Assembly (NCBI GenBank): GCA_051013385.1
Contig: CP143273.1
Coordinates: forward strand, 1,696,001 to 1,760,000
Source of the DNA: Phormidium sp.
GTDB taxonomy: Bacteria; Cyanobacteriota; Cyanobacteriia; Cyanobacteriales; Aerosakkonemataceae
Length of the DNA: 64,000 nt
Direction: 5' to 3'
Positions within the stretch are counted from its first letter, which is position 1. Every line of letters starts with the position of its first letter. Positions 10,771 through 19,581 of this stretch are shown in pieces. The notes below the pieces were generated by a model. That model was given only the letters and a program-made list of their open reading frames with translations. It had not been told where the DNA came from and ran no database searches. The position numbers and the translations under genes are program-made.

Positions 10771-11367
10771 ATGATGTCACATCTTCCGGTTCAATCAATT
10801 AATGTAGAACAATTACCTGCCCAAGAACACAGCTTTGTCAAAACACAACAAGCTATCTACAACCTGTGTAGAGCAATAGAAAATGATGCTGCGCTCAAAT
10901 CACAAATAGAGCAAACGAAGGATGTTGATTCTTTTCTGAAGATTGCCGTTGAAAATGGCTATGAATTCACAGTTTCAGACTTGCAGATTGCCATCAATAT
11001 GGGATTGGGAAATACTTCTGTAAGTTCTGATGAATTTGATGATTATGAACTAGATGAAGAAGAGTTAGAAGCAGTTGCAGGTGGTACCAGACGAGGCTCA
11101 ACCGTGAACAGCTATTGGCATCAAACAGGGATTCAGGTGGAAAATGACTGTTTCTACTTGTTACAGCAATCGAGTGAACAGCGACAGGTAGTAATCAAAG
11201 CACTACGGGATATGGAGAGATGGGAATGGCTGGGTAATAATTCAGTGAAGGTCACTGATACTGATGGAAATCTTGGTTCATTCTTAATCTCTAATATCAG
11301 TTATAACGGTGCTTTTACGCGAGATGTCAGTACTTTGGGTTCCTCTGTGTGGGAGACAGTTTTATAA
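10771..11367 (+). CDS. Nif11-family leader peptide precursor with unusually long core
   Basis: Nif11-like leader (ENDAALKSQI..FLKIAVENGYEFTVSDL) ends in the double-glycine motif ELDEEELEAVAGG at aa 105; lies directly after lanM. Confidence 0.85.
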   Translation: MMSHLPVQSINVEQLPAQEHSFVKTQQAIYNLCRAIENDAALKSQIEQTKDVDSFLKIAVENGYEFTVSDLQIAINMGLGNTSVSSDEFDDYELDEEELEAVAGGTRRGSTVNSYWHQTGIQVENDCFYLLQQSSEQRQVVIKALRDMERWEWLGNNSVKVTDTDGNLGSFLISNISYNGAFTRDVSTLGSSVWETVL

Positions 11368-11658
11368 CTGTAGAGAACAAGCAAAATTTAATCTGAATGA
11401 TTTGAGAAAACTTGTGATATACTCTCAAATTTCAACTTTCAGAATTGTCTAAAAAATCTCTCATTTTTTTATATCGCCCGCTAAAGGTTTTAAAAGCAAT
11501 TAAGAGAATATAGCTCTTACAAGTTGACTGGTGTTGCTTATGATGGAGTGGCTTTAGGTTTGTTACAGGATACATCGAATCAAGATACCTGGTCGAATTA
11601 CTCCTCTGGTAACTTAACAAACATTATTCTTTAAAATGCTTGGTGCATAATTTTACCT

Positions 11659-11822
11659 AAATGTAGAGACGTTTCATGAAACGTCTCTACATTTTTTTCA
11701 TGAAACGTCTCTACATTTTTTTCATGAAACGTCTCTACATTTTTTTCATGAAACGTCTCTACATTTTTTTCATGAAACGTCTCTACATTTTTTTCATGAA
11801 ACGTCTCTACATTTTTTTCATG
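11659..11822. repeat. GTAG palindrome whose right arm is amplified as six 24-bp tandem copies
   Basis: AAATGTAGAGACGTTTCATGAAACGTCTCTACATTT palindrome; the unit ATGAAACGTCTCTACATTTTTTTC repeats x6 from 11676. Confidence 0.92.
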
Positions 11823-11828
11823 CTTAGA

Positions 11829-11949
11829 CTTAGATCTTGCACCAGGACTAAAAACCGGGTTTCTTGCAAATAGCTAAACCTGAAAGCCTATATTTTTCAT
11901 AAAGAAACCCGGTTTTTCAGGTCTTGTTGAGAATGGTGCAAGATCTCAG
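11829..11949. mobile_element. MITE-like miniature element with nested inverted repeats
   Basis: Outer IR AGATCTTGCACCA / TGGTGCAAGATCT; inner IR AAAAACCGGGTTTCTT / AAGAAACCCGGTTTTT. Confidence 0.65.
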
Positions 11950-12066
11950 TAGAGCCTCAATAGCGATCGACTAGTTATAATAGTCGCGGCAAGATTTAGC
12001 TTGTGTAATATATAACTTCACAGAACTGTGAAAATTTTTTATTTTTTCTTCAAGGCGGTTGATCAA

Positions 12067-14859
12067 ATGCAAACTTGTGCTGGGAAAAGATTGGGCTGGC
12101 GGTTGAGTCAGTTAGGTTTGTTAACTTTTAGTGGAATTGCTTTATCGGGTCAACTTAGTTTAGCTCAGGTTGTTCCCGATGCTACCTTGGGGAATGAAAG
12201 CTCAGTTGTTACTCCTAGTGTAATCAGAGGTCTTCCTAGCGACCAAATTAATGGGGGAGCAGTTCGCGGTAATAATTTGTTTCACAGTTTTCGCGAATTT
12301 AATGTTGGTGCAGGGCGAGGAGTTTATTTTGCTAACCCCGATGGCGTAGCTAGGATTCTGACTAGAGTTACAGGAAATAATGTTTCCCAAATCTTAGGGA
12401 CTTTGGGAGTTTTGGGCAATGCTGATTTATTTTTAATTAATCCTAATGGTATTATTTTTGGGTTGGGTGCGAGATTAGATCTTAATGGTTCATTTATTGG
12501 AAGTACGGCTAGCAAAATTAGATTTGCTGATGGTTTAGAATTTAGTGCTACTAATCCGCAATCGTCGCCATTGCTGAGTGTTAATGTTCCTGTGGGCTTA
12601 CAATATGGGACAAATCCCGGTCGAATTGTGAATCAAAGTACAGATGAAGCGGGAAATCTTGATCCAATTCGGGGATATTACCCCATACCTAGACTAAGAG
12701 TAGCACCGGGAAGAACTTTTGCATTAATAGGTGGTGATGTGCTATTTGAAGGTGGCACTATGGGAGCTTTTGAAGGAAGAATTGAGTTAGGTAGTGTTGG
12801 TGATAATAGTTTTGTGGGTTTGAGTCCGATTACTCAAGGTTGGGCTTTGAATTACGAGCAAGTACAAAACTTTGGTGATATTAATCTGACTCAAAATGCC
12901 GTTGTTGATACCACTGGGCCAAGAGGCGGCGATATTCAAGTACGAGCCAGAAACTTAACTCTCCAAGAAGGGGCAGTAATTTATTATTACCATGAAGGCT
13001 CAGAAATTGGGGGAAACATAGATATTACCACCACTGAATCAGTTGAACTCATTGGTAGACTTAATCCGTTTTTTTTCGTTCCTGAGCTTCCTACTTATAC
13101 TCAAATCACTGCTAGCACGCTGGGAACTGCAACTGGAGCTAGTGGAAATGTAACAGTTAAAACCCGCAGATTAACTATTCGAGATGGAGCTTATATAGGT
13201 AATTCGTCTACAGGTAATGGAAATGCTGGAAACTTAACAGTTTTAGCCTCAGAATTAGTTGAACTGATCGGAGTAGTACCAGAAGAAGCCTTTTCGTTTC
13301 TCGCTAGTGGCATATTTAGTCAAGCTACACCGGAAACTGACAGTGATTATGTACCTATTGGTAATGGAGGAAATATCACCATTGAAACTAGGCGACTGCT
13401 AATTCAAGATGGAGGGCTAATCAGCAGCGCCACTTATACCGCAGGTCGGGCGGGAAATGTGACGATTAAGGCTGGGGAGTCTGTAGAACTGATTGGCACC
13501 AACCCTGAGTTTGGACTGTTGGGAGGCATTGCCACAGGGGTTGAGTTTGACCCGATAACAGGAATTCGGGCTACAGGTAATGGTGGCAATTTGACGATTC
13601 AAACCAGACGACTATTACTTCAAGGTGGAGGACAAATTGCTAGTGCTACCAGAGCAGATGGAAATGCAGGTGATTTGGTAATTGATGCTTCTGAGTCTGT
13701 TGAACTAATTGGTACTGCTCGTGATGCTGATGCAGTAATAGGTAGCAGTGGTTTGTTTGTTTCCGCAGAAGAAGGTGCTACTGCTAATGTGGGGAATTTA
13801 ACGGTTAACACGAGAAGATTGCTAGTTCAAGATGGAGCGAGAATTTCTGCTGATAATTTTGGCCCCGGAACTGGGGGAGATTTAACGATTAATGCTAGAG
13901 AATTGAGCATTGAAAGTGGGGGAACAGTGAGAGCAGGTTCTTTTAGGGAAGGCTCTGGGGGAACGTTAACTGTGAATGCGGAAAATGTGCGGATCGGTGG
14001 CAGTAGAATTTTGGGTGAGCAGTTAATTAACAGTGGTTTATTTGTTAGTGGTGTTGGTTCGGGTGCGGCTGGTAGTTTGACAGTTAATGCTGGAACCGTT
14101 CAACTTGATAATAGTGGAAGATTGGCGGCTGACAGCACAGCTGGGTCTGGGAACATTAGGGTGCAAGCACGAGATTTATTAGTGTTACGTGGTAATAGCC
14201 AAATTAGTACTAATTCTACAGGTGAAGAAGCAGGGGGAAATATTAGCCTGACAACAAATAACTTAGCTGCTATAGGAAATAGCGATATTACTGCTAATGC
14301 TACTAATAGCCAGGGTGGTCGAGTAAGTATTACTGCAACTGGTATTTTTGGTCTGCAATATCAATTACAACAAACGCCCAATAGTGATATTACAGCAACG
14401 GGGGGAAGTCCTGAATTAAGCGGAGTAGTAGAAATTAATTCACCTGAAGTTGATGTGAATTCTGGGTTAGTTGTTTTACCGACCAATGTGATTAATGTAG
14501 CTGGATTAGTTGCTCAAAATGCTTGTACGCCACAACAGGTAGAAGGTAGTTCTTTTGTGGTGACAGGTCGGGGTGGTTTACCGCCTAATCCTGTTAATCC
14601 GGCAAGTAATGAAGCGGTAATGGTGGAATGGGCAAGAGTGGCAAATGTGAGTCAAAATATTAGTTCGCAAAGAGGTACAAATAGGAGGAGTAATTCTCAT
14701 GCTAGGGTGGCAAGAACCAATGAGCAAATTGTGGAAGCTCAAGGTTGGTTAGTTGGGGCTGATGGCAGAGTTGTGTTGACTGCTGGAGGAGAAACAGCTA
14801 CACCTCAAAGCCTGGGCTTGATTCATCCTAGCTGTGGTGGTTCACCAATTCAAAAATAG
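12067..14859 (+). CDS. Filamentous haemagglutinin N-terminal (TPS) domain exoprotein
   Basis: Signal peptide ending SLAQ; NLFHSFREF, LINPNGIIFG; beta-helix repeats GNGGNITIET; C-terminal VVTGRGGLPPNP and IVEAQGW. ATG 12067 preferred over GTG 12028. Confidence 0.9.
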   Translation: MQTCAGKRLGWRLSQLGLLTFSGIALSGQLSLAQVVPDATLGNESSVVTPSVIRGLPSDQINGGAVRGNNLFHSFREFNVGAGRGVYFANPDGVARILTRVTGNNVSQILGTLGVLGNADLFLINPNGIIFGLGARLDLNGSFIGSTASKIRFADGLEFSATNPQSSPLLSVNVPVGLQYGTNPGRIVNQSTDEAGNLDPIRGYYPIPRLRVAPGRTFALIGGDVLFEGGTMGAFEGRIELGSVGDNSFVGLSPITQGWALNYEQVQNFGDINLTQNAVVDTTGPRGGDIQVRARNLTLQEGAVIYYYHEGSEIGGNIDITTTESVELIGRLNPFFFVPELPTYTQITASTLGTATGASGNVTVKTRRLTIRDGAYIGNSSTGNGNAGNLTVLASELVELIGVVPEEAFSFLASGIFSQATPETDSDYVPIGNGGNITIETRRLLIQDGGLISSATYTAGRAGNVTIKAGESVELIGTNPEFGLLGGIATGVEFDPITGIRATGNGGNLTIQTRRLLLQGGGQIASATRADGNAGDLVIDASESVELIGTARDADAVIGSSGLFVSAEEGATANVGNLTVNTRRLLVQDGARISADNFGPGTGGDLTINARELSIESGGTVRAGSFREGSGGTLTVNAENVRIGGSRILGEQLINSGLFVSGVGSGAAGSLTVNAGTVQLDNSGRLAADSTAGSGNIRVQARDLLVLRGNSQISTNSTGEEAGGNISLTTNNLAAIGNSDITANATNSQGGRVSITATGIFGLQYQLQQTPNSDITATGGSPELSGVVEINSPEVDVNSGLVVLPTNVINVAGLVAQNACTPQQVEGSSFVVTGRGGLPPNPVNPASNEAVMVEWARVANVSQNISSQRGTNRRSNSHARVARTNEQIVEAQGWLVGADGRVVLTAGGETATPQSLGLIHPSCGGSPIQK

Positions 14860-14880
14860 TTTGGGGTAGGGAAAGAGTTA

Positions 14881-17493
14881 ATGAAAATCAAGAATTTATT
14901 AATTATCGGTTTGGGAAGTTTATGTTTTTTTGGTGCGATCTGGTGGGAAAAAAATGCCATGTCACTTTCGGCTTTTCCAGAGAGTAAAGTAACTGAAAAG
15001 CGATTAGTTGCTGATAATTCAGTAGGCGATCGCGAAACTCAAGCGGAAAAACTTTATAGCGAGGGAAGGTTTGGGGAGGCGATCGCGCTTTTAGAACAAC
15101 TCAACAATAATTATACTGCTCAAGGCGATCGGTTGGGTCAAGCGAGAGTGGCGAGAAATTTGGCTTTAGTTTATCAACAAACTGGAGATTTATCTAAGGC
15201 TCAGTCAGCAATTACCCAGAGTCTTAATTTGCTGGAAAAGCAAGCTAATAGCAGAGAACGCCAACAAGTTTTCGCGCAAATTTTAGAAGTTCAAGGTCTT
15301 TTACAATTAGCGATCGGGCAGCAGGAAACAGCTTTGGACACTTGGGAAAAAGCCACAAGTAATTATCAAGAAATTGGCGATTTTGCTGGGGTAAGTCGCA
15401 ATCAAATTAATCAATCTCAAGCTTTACAAAGAATCGGTTTATATCGTCAGGCAATTAAAGCTTTGGATGCGTCGAATGTAACTTGGCAAGAGCAACCTGA
15501 TAGTTTAATTAAGGTGAAGGGTTTGCAAAGTTTGGGAGATGCTTTGCGGGTAGTGGGAGAGTTGGACCGATCGCAAAAAGTTTTAGAACAGGGTTTAGCA
15601 ATTGCCCAAAAGTTGAAAGTGGATGATGCGATCGCGGCAATGTTTTTAAGTTTAGGCGAAACAGCGAGATTAGATCAAGAACTACCCACAGCTTTGGATT
15701 ACTATCAAAAGGCAGTGCAAATTACTACTTCTCCATATATTAAAACTCAAGCAATGCTAAATCAATTAAATGTTTTAGTTAATCAAAAAGATGCAAAAAA
15801 AGCAATGGAGTTGGTGCCACAAATCCAAGGTAATTTAACTCAATTACCTTTAAGTAGACAAGCAATTAATACGCGGATAAATTTAGCGAGAAGGTTAATG
15901 CAGCTGAGGAAAGAGGGAAGTAATGGATTATCACTTCCTAGTAATGCGGAAATTGGCAAAATGTTAGCCACCGCAGTACAACAAGCGGAAACTTTACAAG
16001 ACCAACGAACATTATCTTATGCTTTGGGAAATTTGGGGAGGTTGTATGAAGAAAACCAACAATGGGATTTTGCTAAACAATTAACGAATAAAGCTTTACT
16101 GTTATCTCAAAGTGTTAAAGCTACTGATATTAACTTTCGTTGGCAGTGGCAATTAGGCAGAATTAATAAACAACAAGGAAATCGTCAAGGAGCGATCGCA
16201 GCTTATAATCAAGCTGTTGATTCCCTAGAATCTATTCGCAGCGATTTAGTAGCAATTTCCGCAGAAGCTCAGTTCGATTTTCGAGATACTGTAGAACCAG
16301 TTTATCGCGAGTTAGTAGAGCTTCTATTACCAGTTGGAAAAGATGTAGAACAAGCAGATTTGCAAAGAGCAAGGAATTTAATTGATTCTCTACAATTAGC
16401 TGAATTGGATAACTTTTTCCGAGATGCTTGTTTAAAAACCAAAGCTGTTAAAATTGACCAAATCGATCCGAAAGCAGCGGTTTTTTCGACAATTATTTTA
16501 AGTAATACCAGTACTGCCACAGTTAGCGAACGGATAGAAGTAATTGCGGCATTACCTGGAAAACCTTTGCGGCGATATACAACTGTTTTATCTAACCAAG
16601 AAATTGAAGCAACAATAAAAAAAGCCAATGATGCTTTGACTATTCCTCGACTACGACTTTCGCAAAAAAACTATTTAGTTGCAGCTGAGAAATTCCACGA
16701 TTGGTTAATTCGTCCGATTGAAACTGATTTAGCAAATAGTGGAATCAAAACTTTAGTATTTGTCTTAGATGGTTCTTTAAGAAATATCCCGATCGCAGGT
16801 ATTTATGATGGACAAAAGTATTTAGTGCAAAAATACAGTGTGGCGATCGCTCCTGGATTACAATTAGTAGATGCCAAACCTTTAGAGCATAATAATATTA
16901 GAGTGTTAACGGCGGGATTAAGCGAATCGCGTCAAGGATTTGCACCACTTCCTAATGTAATTACAGAATTGAGTGGCATTGCACAGAAAATTAGTACTGA
17001 AAAGCTACTGAATCAATCTTTTACAGCATCTAATTTTAAGACAAAACTGCAAGCTGATACATTTCCGATTATCCATTTAGCAACTCATGGCAAATTTAGT
17101 TCTAAAGCGGCTGATACTTTTATTTTGACTTGGGATACAAAGATTAATGCTAAGGAATTAGATATACTTTTACGTAGCAATCACAGGGTTACTAACCCCA
17201 TTGAATTATTAGTTTTTAGTGCTTGTCAAACTGCTGCTGGAGATAATCGAGCCACTTTAGGATTAACGGGAATTGCTGTGCGGGCTGGAGCAAAAAGTAC
17301 TGTAGCAACTTTGTGGAATGTTGATGATGAAGCTACCGCTTTATTTATGACAAATTTTTACAAAGAGTTAAATAATAGCCAAATTACAAAAGCAGAAGCT
17401 TTACGTCGTGTTCAACAGTTATTTTTGCAGGATGGTCAATTTTCTCATCCCTATTTTTGGTCAGCTTTTGTTTTAGTTGGAAATTGGTTATAG
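14881..17493 (+). CDS. Secreted TPR-CHAT (caspase-like) protease
   Basis: N-terminal signal/TM, TPR repeats, CHAT His motif IHLATHG, Cys motif LVFSACQTA, C-terminal HPYFWSAFVLVGNWL. Confidence 0.92.
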   Translation: MKIKNLLIIGLGSLCFFGAIWWEKNAMSLSAFPESKVTEKRLVADNSVGDRETQAEKLYSEGRFGEAIALLEQLNNNYTAQGDRLGQARVARNLALVYQQTGDLSKAQSAITQSLNLLEKQANSRERQQVFAQILEVQGLLQLAIGQQETALDTWEKATSNYQEIGDFAGVSRNQINQSQALQRIGLYRQAIKALDASNVTWQEQPDSLIKVKGLQSLGDALRVVGELDRSQKVLEQGLAIAQKLKVDDAIAAMFLSLGETARLDQELPTALDYYQKAVQITTSPYIKTQAMLNQLNVLVNQKDAKKAMELVPQIQGNLTQLPLSRQAINTRINLARRLMQLRKEGSNGLSLPSNAEIGKMLATAVQQAETLQDQRTLSYALGNLGRLYEENQQWDFAKQLTNKALLLSQSVKATDINFRWQWQLGRINKQQGNRQGAIAAYNQAVDSLESIRSDLVAISAEAQFDFRDTVEPVYRELVELLLPVGKDVEQADLQRARNLIDSLQLAELDNFFRDACLKTKAVKIDQIDPKAAVFSTIILSNTSTATVSERIEVIAALPGKPLRRYTTVLSNQEIEATIKKANDALTIPRLRLSQKNYLVAAEKFHDWLIRPIETDLANSGIKTLVFVLDGSLRNIPIAGIYDGQKYLVQKYSVAIAPGLQLVDAKPLEHNNIRVLTAGLSESRQGFAPLPNVITELSGIAQKISTEKLLNQSFTASNFKTKLQADTFPIIHLATHGKFSSKAADTFILTWDTKINAKELDILLRSNHRVTNPIELLVFSACQTAAGDNRATLGLTGIAVRAGAKSTVATLWNVDDEATALFMTNFYKELNNSQITKAEALRRVQQLFLQDGQFSHPYFWSAFVLVGNWL

Positions 17494-17494
17494 A

Positions 17495-17553
17495 GAACAG
17501 GGAACAGGGAACAGGGAACAGGGAACAGGGAACAGGGAATAGGGAATAGGAAA
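17495..17553. repeat. Heptamer short tandem repeat (STRR-type)
   Basis: (GGGAACA)n grading into GGGAATA. Confidence 0.85.
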
Positions 17554-17586
17554 TGGCTAATATTCGTAACTAATATTAAATCACCC

Positions 17587-19212
17587 ATGAATAGCCAAGA
17601 TAAAAGAAAGATTTTTCGTAAAGAATCGCTGAGTTATTTATCTACGCCTGAACGGTTAGATGAGTTAATCAAAGTAATTAGCCCTCAAGATTGGATTCCT
17701 TTATTAACATTAGGTGGATTGGTGTTAGTTGGTTTAGTTTGGAGTATTTTTGGTAGAATTCCAATTACGGTTGGGGGTCTTGGGGTTTTATTGCGATCGC
17801 GCCAAGTAGTAGAACTGCAATCGCCAATTTCAGGACAGTTGCAAGAATTAAAAGTCAAAGTGGGTGATTGTCTGCAAAATTCCCAAGGAATTATTGCTAC
17901 TATCGAGCCTTTGGAATTAAAGCAAAAACGAGAATTGGAAATGCAGAAATTAGCGGAATTACAAAAGCAAGACCGGGAGGTGAGTGCGATCGCATTACAA
18001 AGAACTCAACTGGAAAAAGTAGCATTACAGCAACAACAAACCAGCTTACAACAACGTTTGCAAGATGCTCAATCTCTGACTCCATTGCTGAAAAATCAAA
18101 GTACTAGTTCGATCGCTAAACAACGAGAAAGCTTACAACAACGCCTGCAAAACTTACAATCTTTAACCCCTGTTATTCGTAGTAAAAGAAGCGGCGCAAT
18201 TCAACAGAAACGAGAAAGTTTACAACAACGTCTGCGAGATGCTCAAGCTCAAGCTCCAGTACTTAAAGAAAGGCTAGAAATTCGGCAAGGATTAGCAAAA
18301 CAGGGAGCGCTTCCCAAAGATCAAGTATTAGAAGCAGAACGACAATACAGAGATAGTTTGCAAAATGTTGCTGAAGTTCAAGCGCAATTAAAGCAATTAG
18401 ATGTTGATGAAACTCAAGCCGAACAAGCTTACTTAGAAAATCTGAATTCGATCGGTGAAATTCAATCTCAGCTAAAAAAGCTGGAACTTGACAAAACAGA
18501 AGCTGAACAAAGATATGTCGATAATTTGAATAAAATATCCGAAATTACAACCCAGTTAAAAGAGTTAAATACTAAAGAAAAAACCCTAGAACAACAAAAC
18601 TTAGATGCTACAAATAATCGCAAAAATCAAATATTAGAAGTAGACAATCAAGTAAAAGCTTTTGAGCATCAAATTCAAACAAATAGTGTGATTAAAAGCC
18701 CTTATGAGGGATGTATTCTCGAACTTACTGTTAGTAATGGTCAAGTTGTGAATCCGGGAAGTCGCATTGGTTCAATTCAAATTCAAAAATCTGCTCAACC
18801 GCTATTAGCTGTAACCTATTTTCCTGTGAGAGATGGCAAGCAAATTAAACCGGGAATGCCAATTCAAATTACACCCAGTATTGTGAAACGGGAAAGATTT
18901 GGGGGAATTGTGGGAAATGTGGTTTCAGTTTCACCATTTCCAGTTACTAAACAAGGTGCTGCTAGTGTAATTGGTAATTCTGAAATAGTAGAAAGTTTGC
19001 TGTCTCAATCTAAAGAAGCACAGATAGAAGTTTGGGCAGAATTAAAGGAAAATCCTGGTAATTTTAGTGGCTATGAATGGTCTTCTTCTCAAGGGCCATT
19101 AGATGTAAAAATGTCTGCTGGTACTACTACTTCCGCACAAGTTACTGTACAACAAAGGGCACCTATTGAGTTTGTTTTACCTTTTTTGCGCGAATGGAGT
19201 GGTATTAAGTAA
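17587..19212 (+). CDS. NHLP bacteriocin system secretion protein (HlyD-like adaptor)
   Basis: IFRKESL..LSTPERLDELI, single TM, long coiled coil, KRERFGGIVG, YEWSSSQGP. Confidence 0.9.
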   Translation: MNSQDKRKIFRKESLSYLSTPERLDELIKVISPQDWIPLLTLGGLVLVGLVWSIFGRIPITVGGLGVLLRSRQVVELQSPISGQLQELKVKVGDCLQNSQGIIATIEPLELKQKRELEMQKLAELQKQDREVSAIALQRTQLEKVALQQQQTSLQQRLQDAQSLTPLLKNQSTSSIAKQRESLQQRLQNLQSLTPVIRSKRSGAIQQKRESLQQRLRDAQAQAPVLKERLEIRQGLAKQGALPKDQVLEAERQYRDSLQNVAEVQAQLKQLDVDETQAEQAYLENLNSIGEIQSQLKKLELDKTEAEQRYVDNLNKISEITTQLKELNTKEKTLEQQNLDATNNRKNQILEVDNQVKAFEHQIQTNSVIKSPYEGCILELTVSNGQVVNPGSRIGSIQIQKSAQPLLAVTYFPVRDGKQIKPGMPIQITPSIVKRERFGGIVGNVVSVSPFPVTKQGAASVIGNSEIVESLLSQSKEAQIEVWAELKENPGNFSGYEWSSSQGPLDVKMSAGTTTSAQVTVQQRAPIEFVLPFLREWSGIK

Positions 19213-19245
19213 TAATAAATAGAAAACAGAATGCAACAAATTGCA

Positions 19246-19547
19246 GATCCCCCTAAATCCCCCTTAACAAGGGGAACTTAAAGGCAAGTTTTATTCCCCC
19301 TTAATAAGGGGGACTTAAAGGCAAGTTTTATTCCCCCTTAATAAGGGGGACTTAAAGGCAAGTTTTATTCCCCTCTGAATAAGGGGGACTTAAAGGCAAG
19401 TTTTATTCCCCTCTGAATAAGGGGACTTAAAGGCAAGTTTTATTCCCCTCTGAATAAGGGGACTTAAAGGCAAGTTTTATTCCCCTCTGAATAAGGGGGA
19501 AAAGGCAAGTCTTGTTCCCCCCTAAATAAGGGGGGCTAGGGGGGATC
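19246..19547. repeat. Array of about seven ~37-bp hairpin units inside GATCCCCCT...GGGGGATC ends
   Basis: Unit approx. TTCCCCCTTAATAAGGGGGACTTAAAGGCAAGTTTTA, period 35-38 bp, no unique spacers. Confidence 0.9.
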
Positions 19548-19581
19548 AACTATGTGTAGCAAAGCAAAAGAGTGATTAAAA

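Noticed and set aside
11676..11873. ORF (MKRLYIFF)x6 as a multi-core RiPP precursor
   Set aside because: It is the translation of a 24-bp tandem DNA repeat derived from a dispersed palindrome; no leader or RBS
19246..19547. ~37-bp periodic array as a CRISPR
   Set aside because: Units are contiguous and near-identical with no unique spacers; no cas genes in the window
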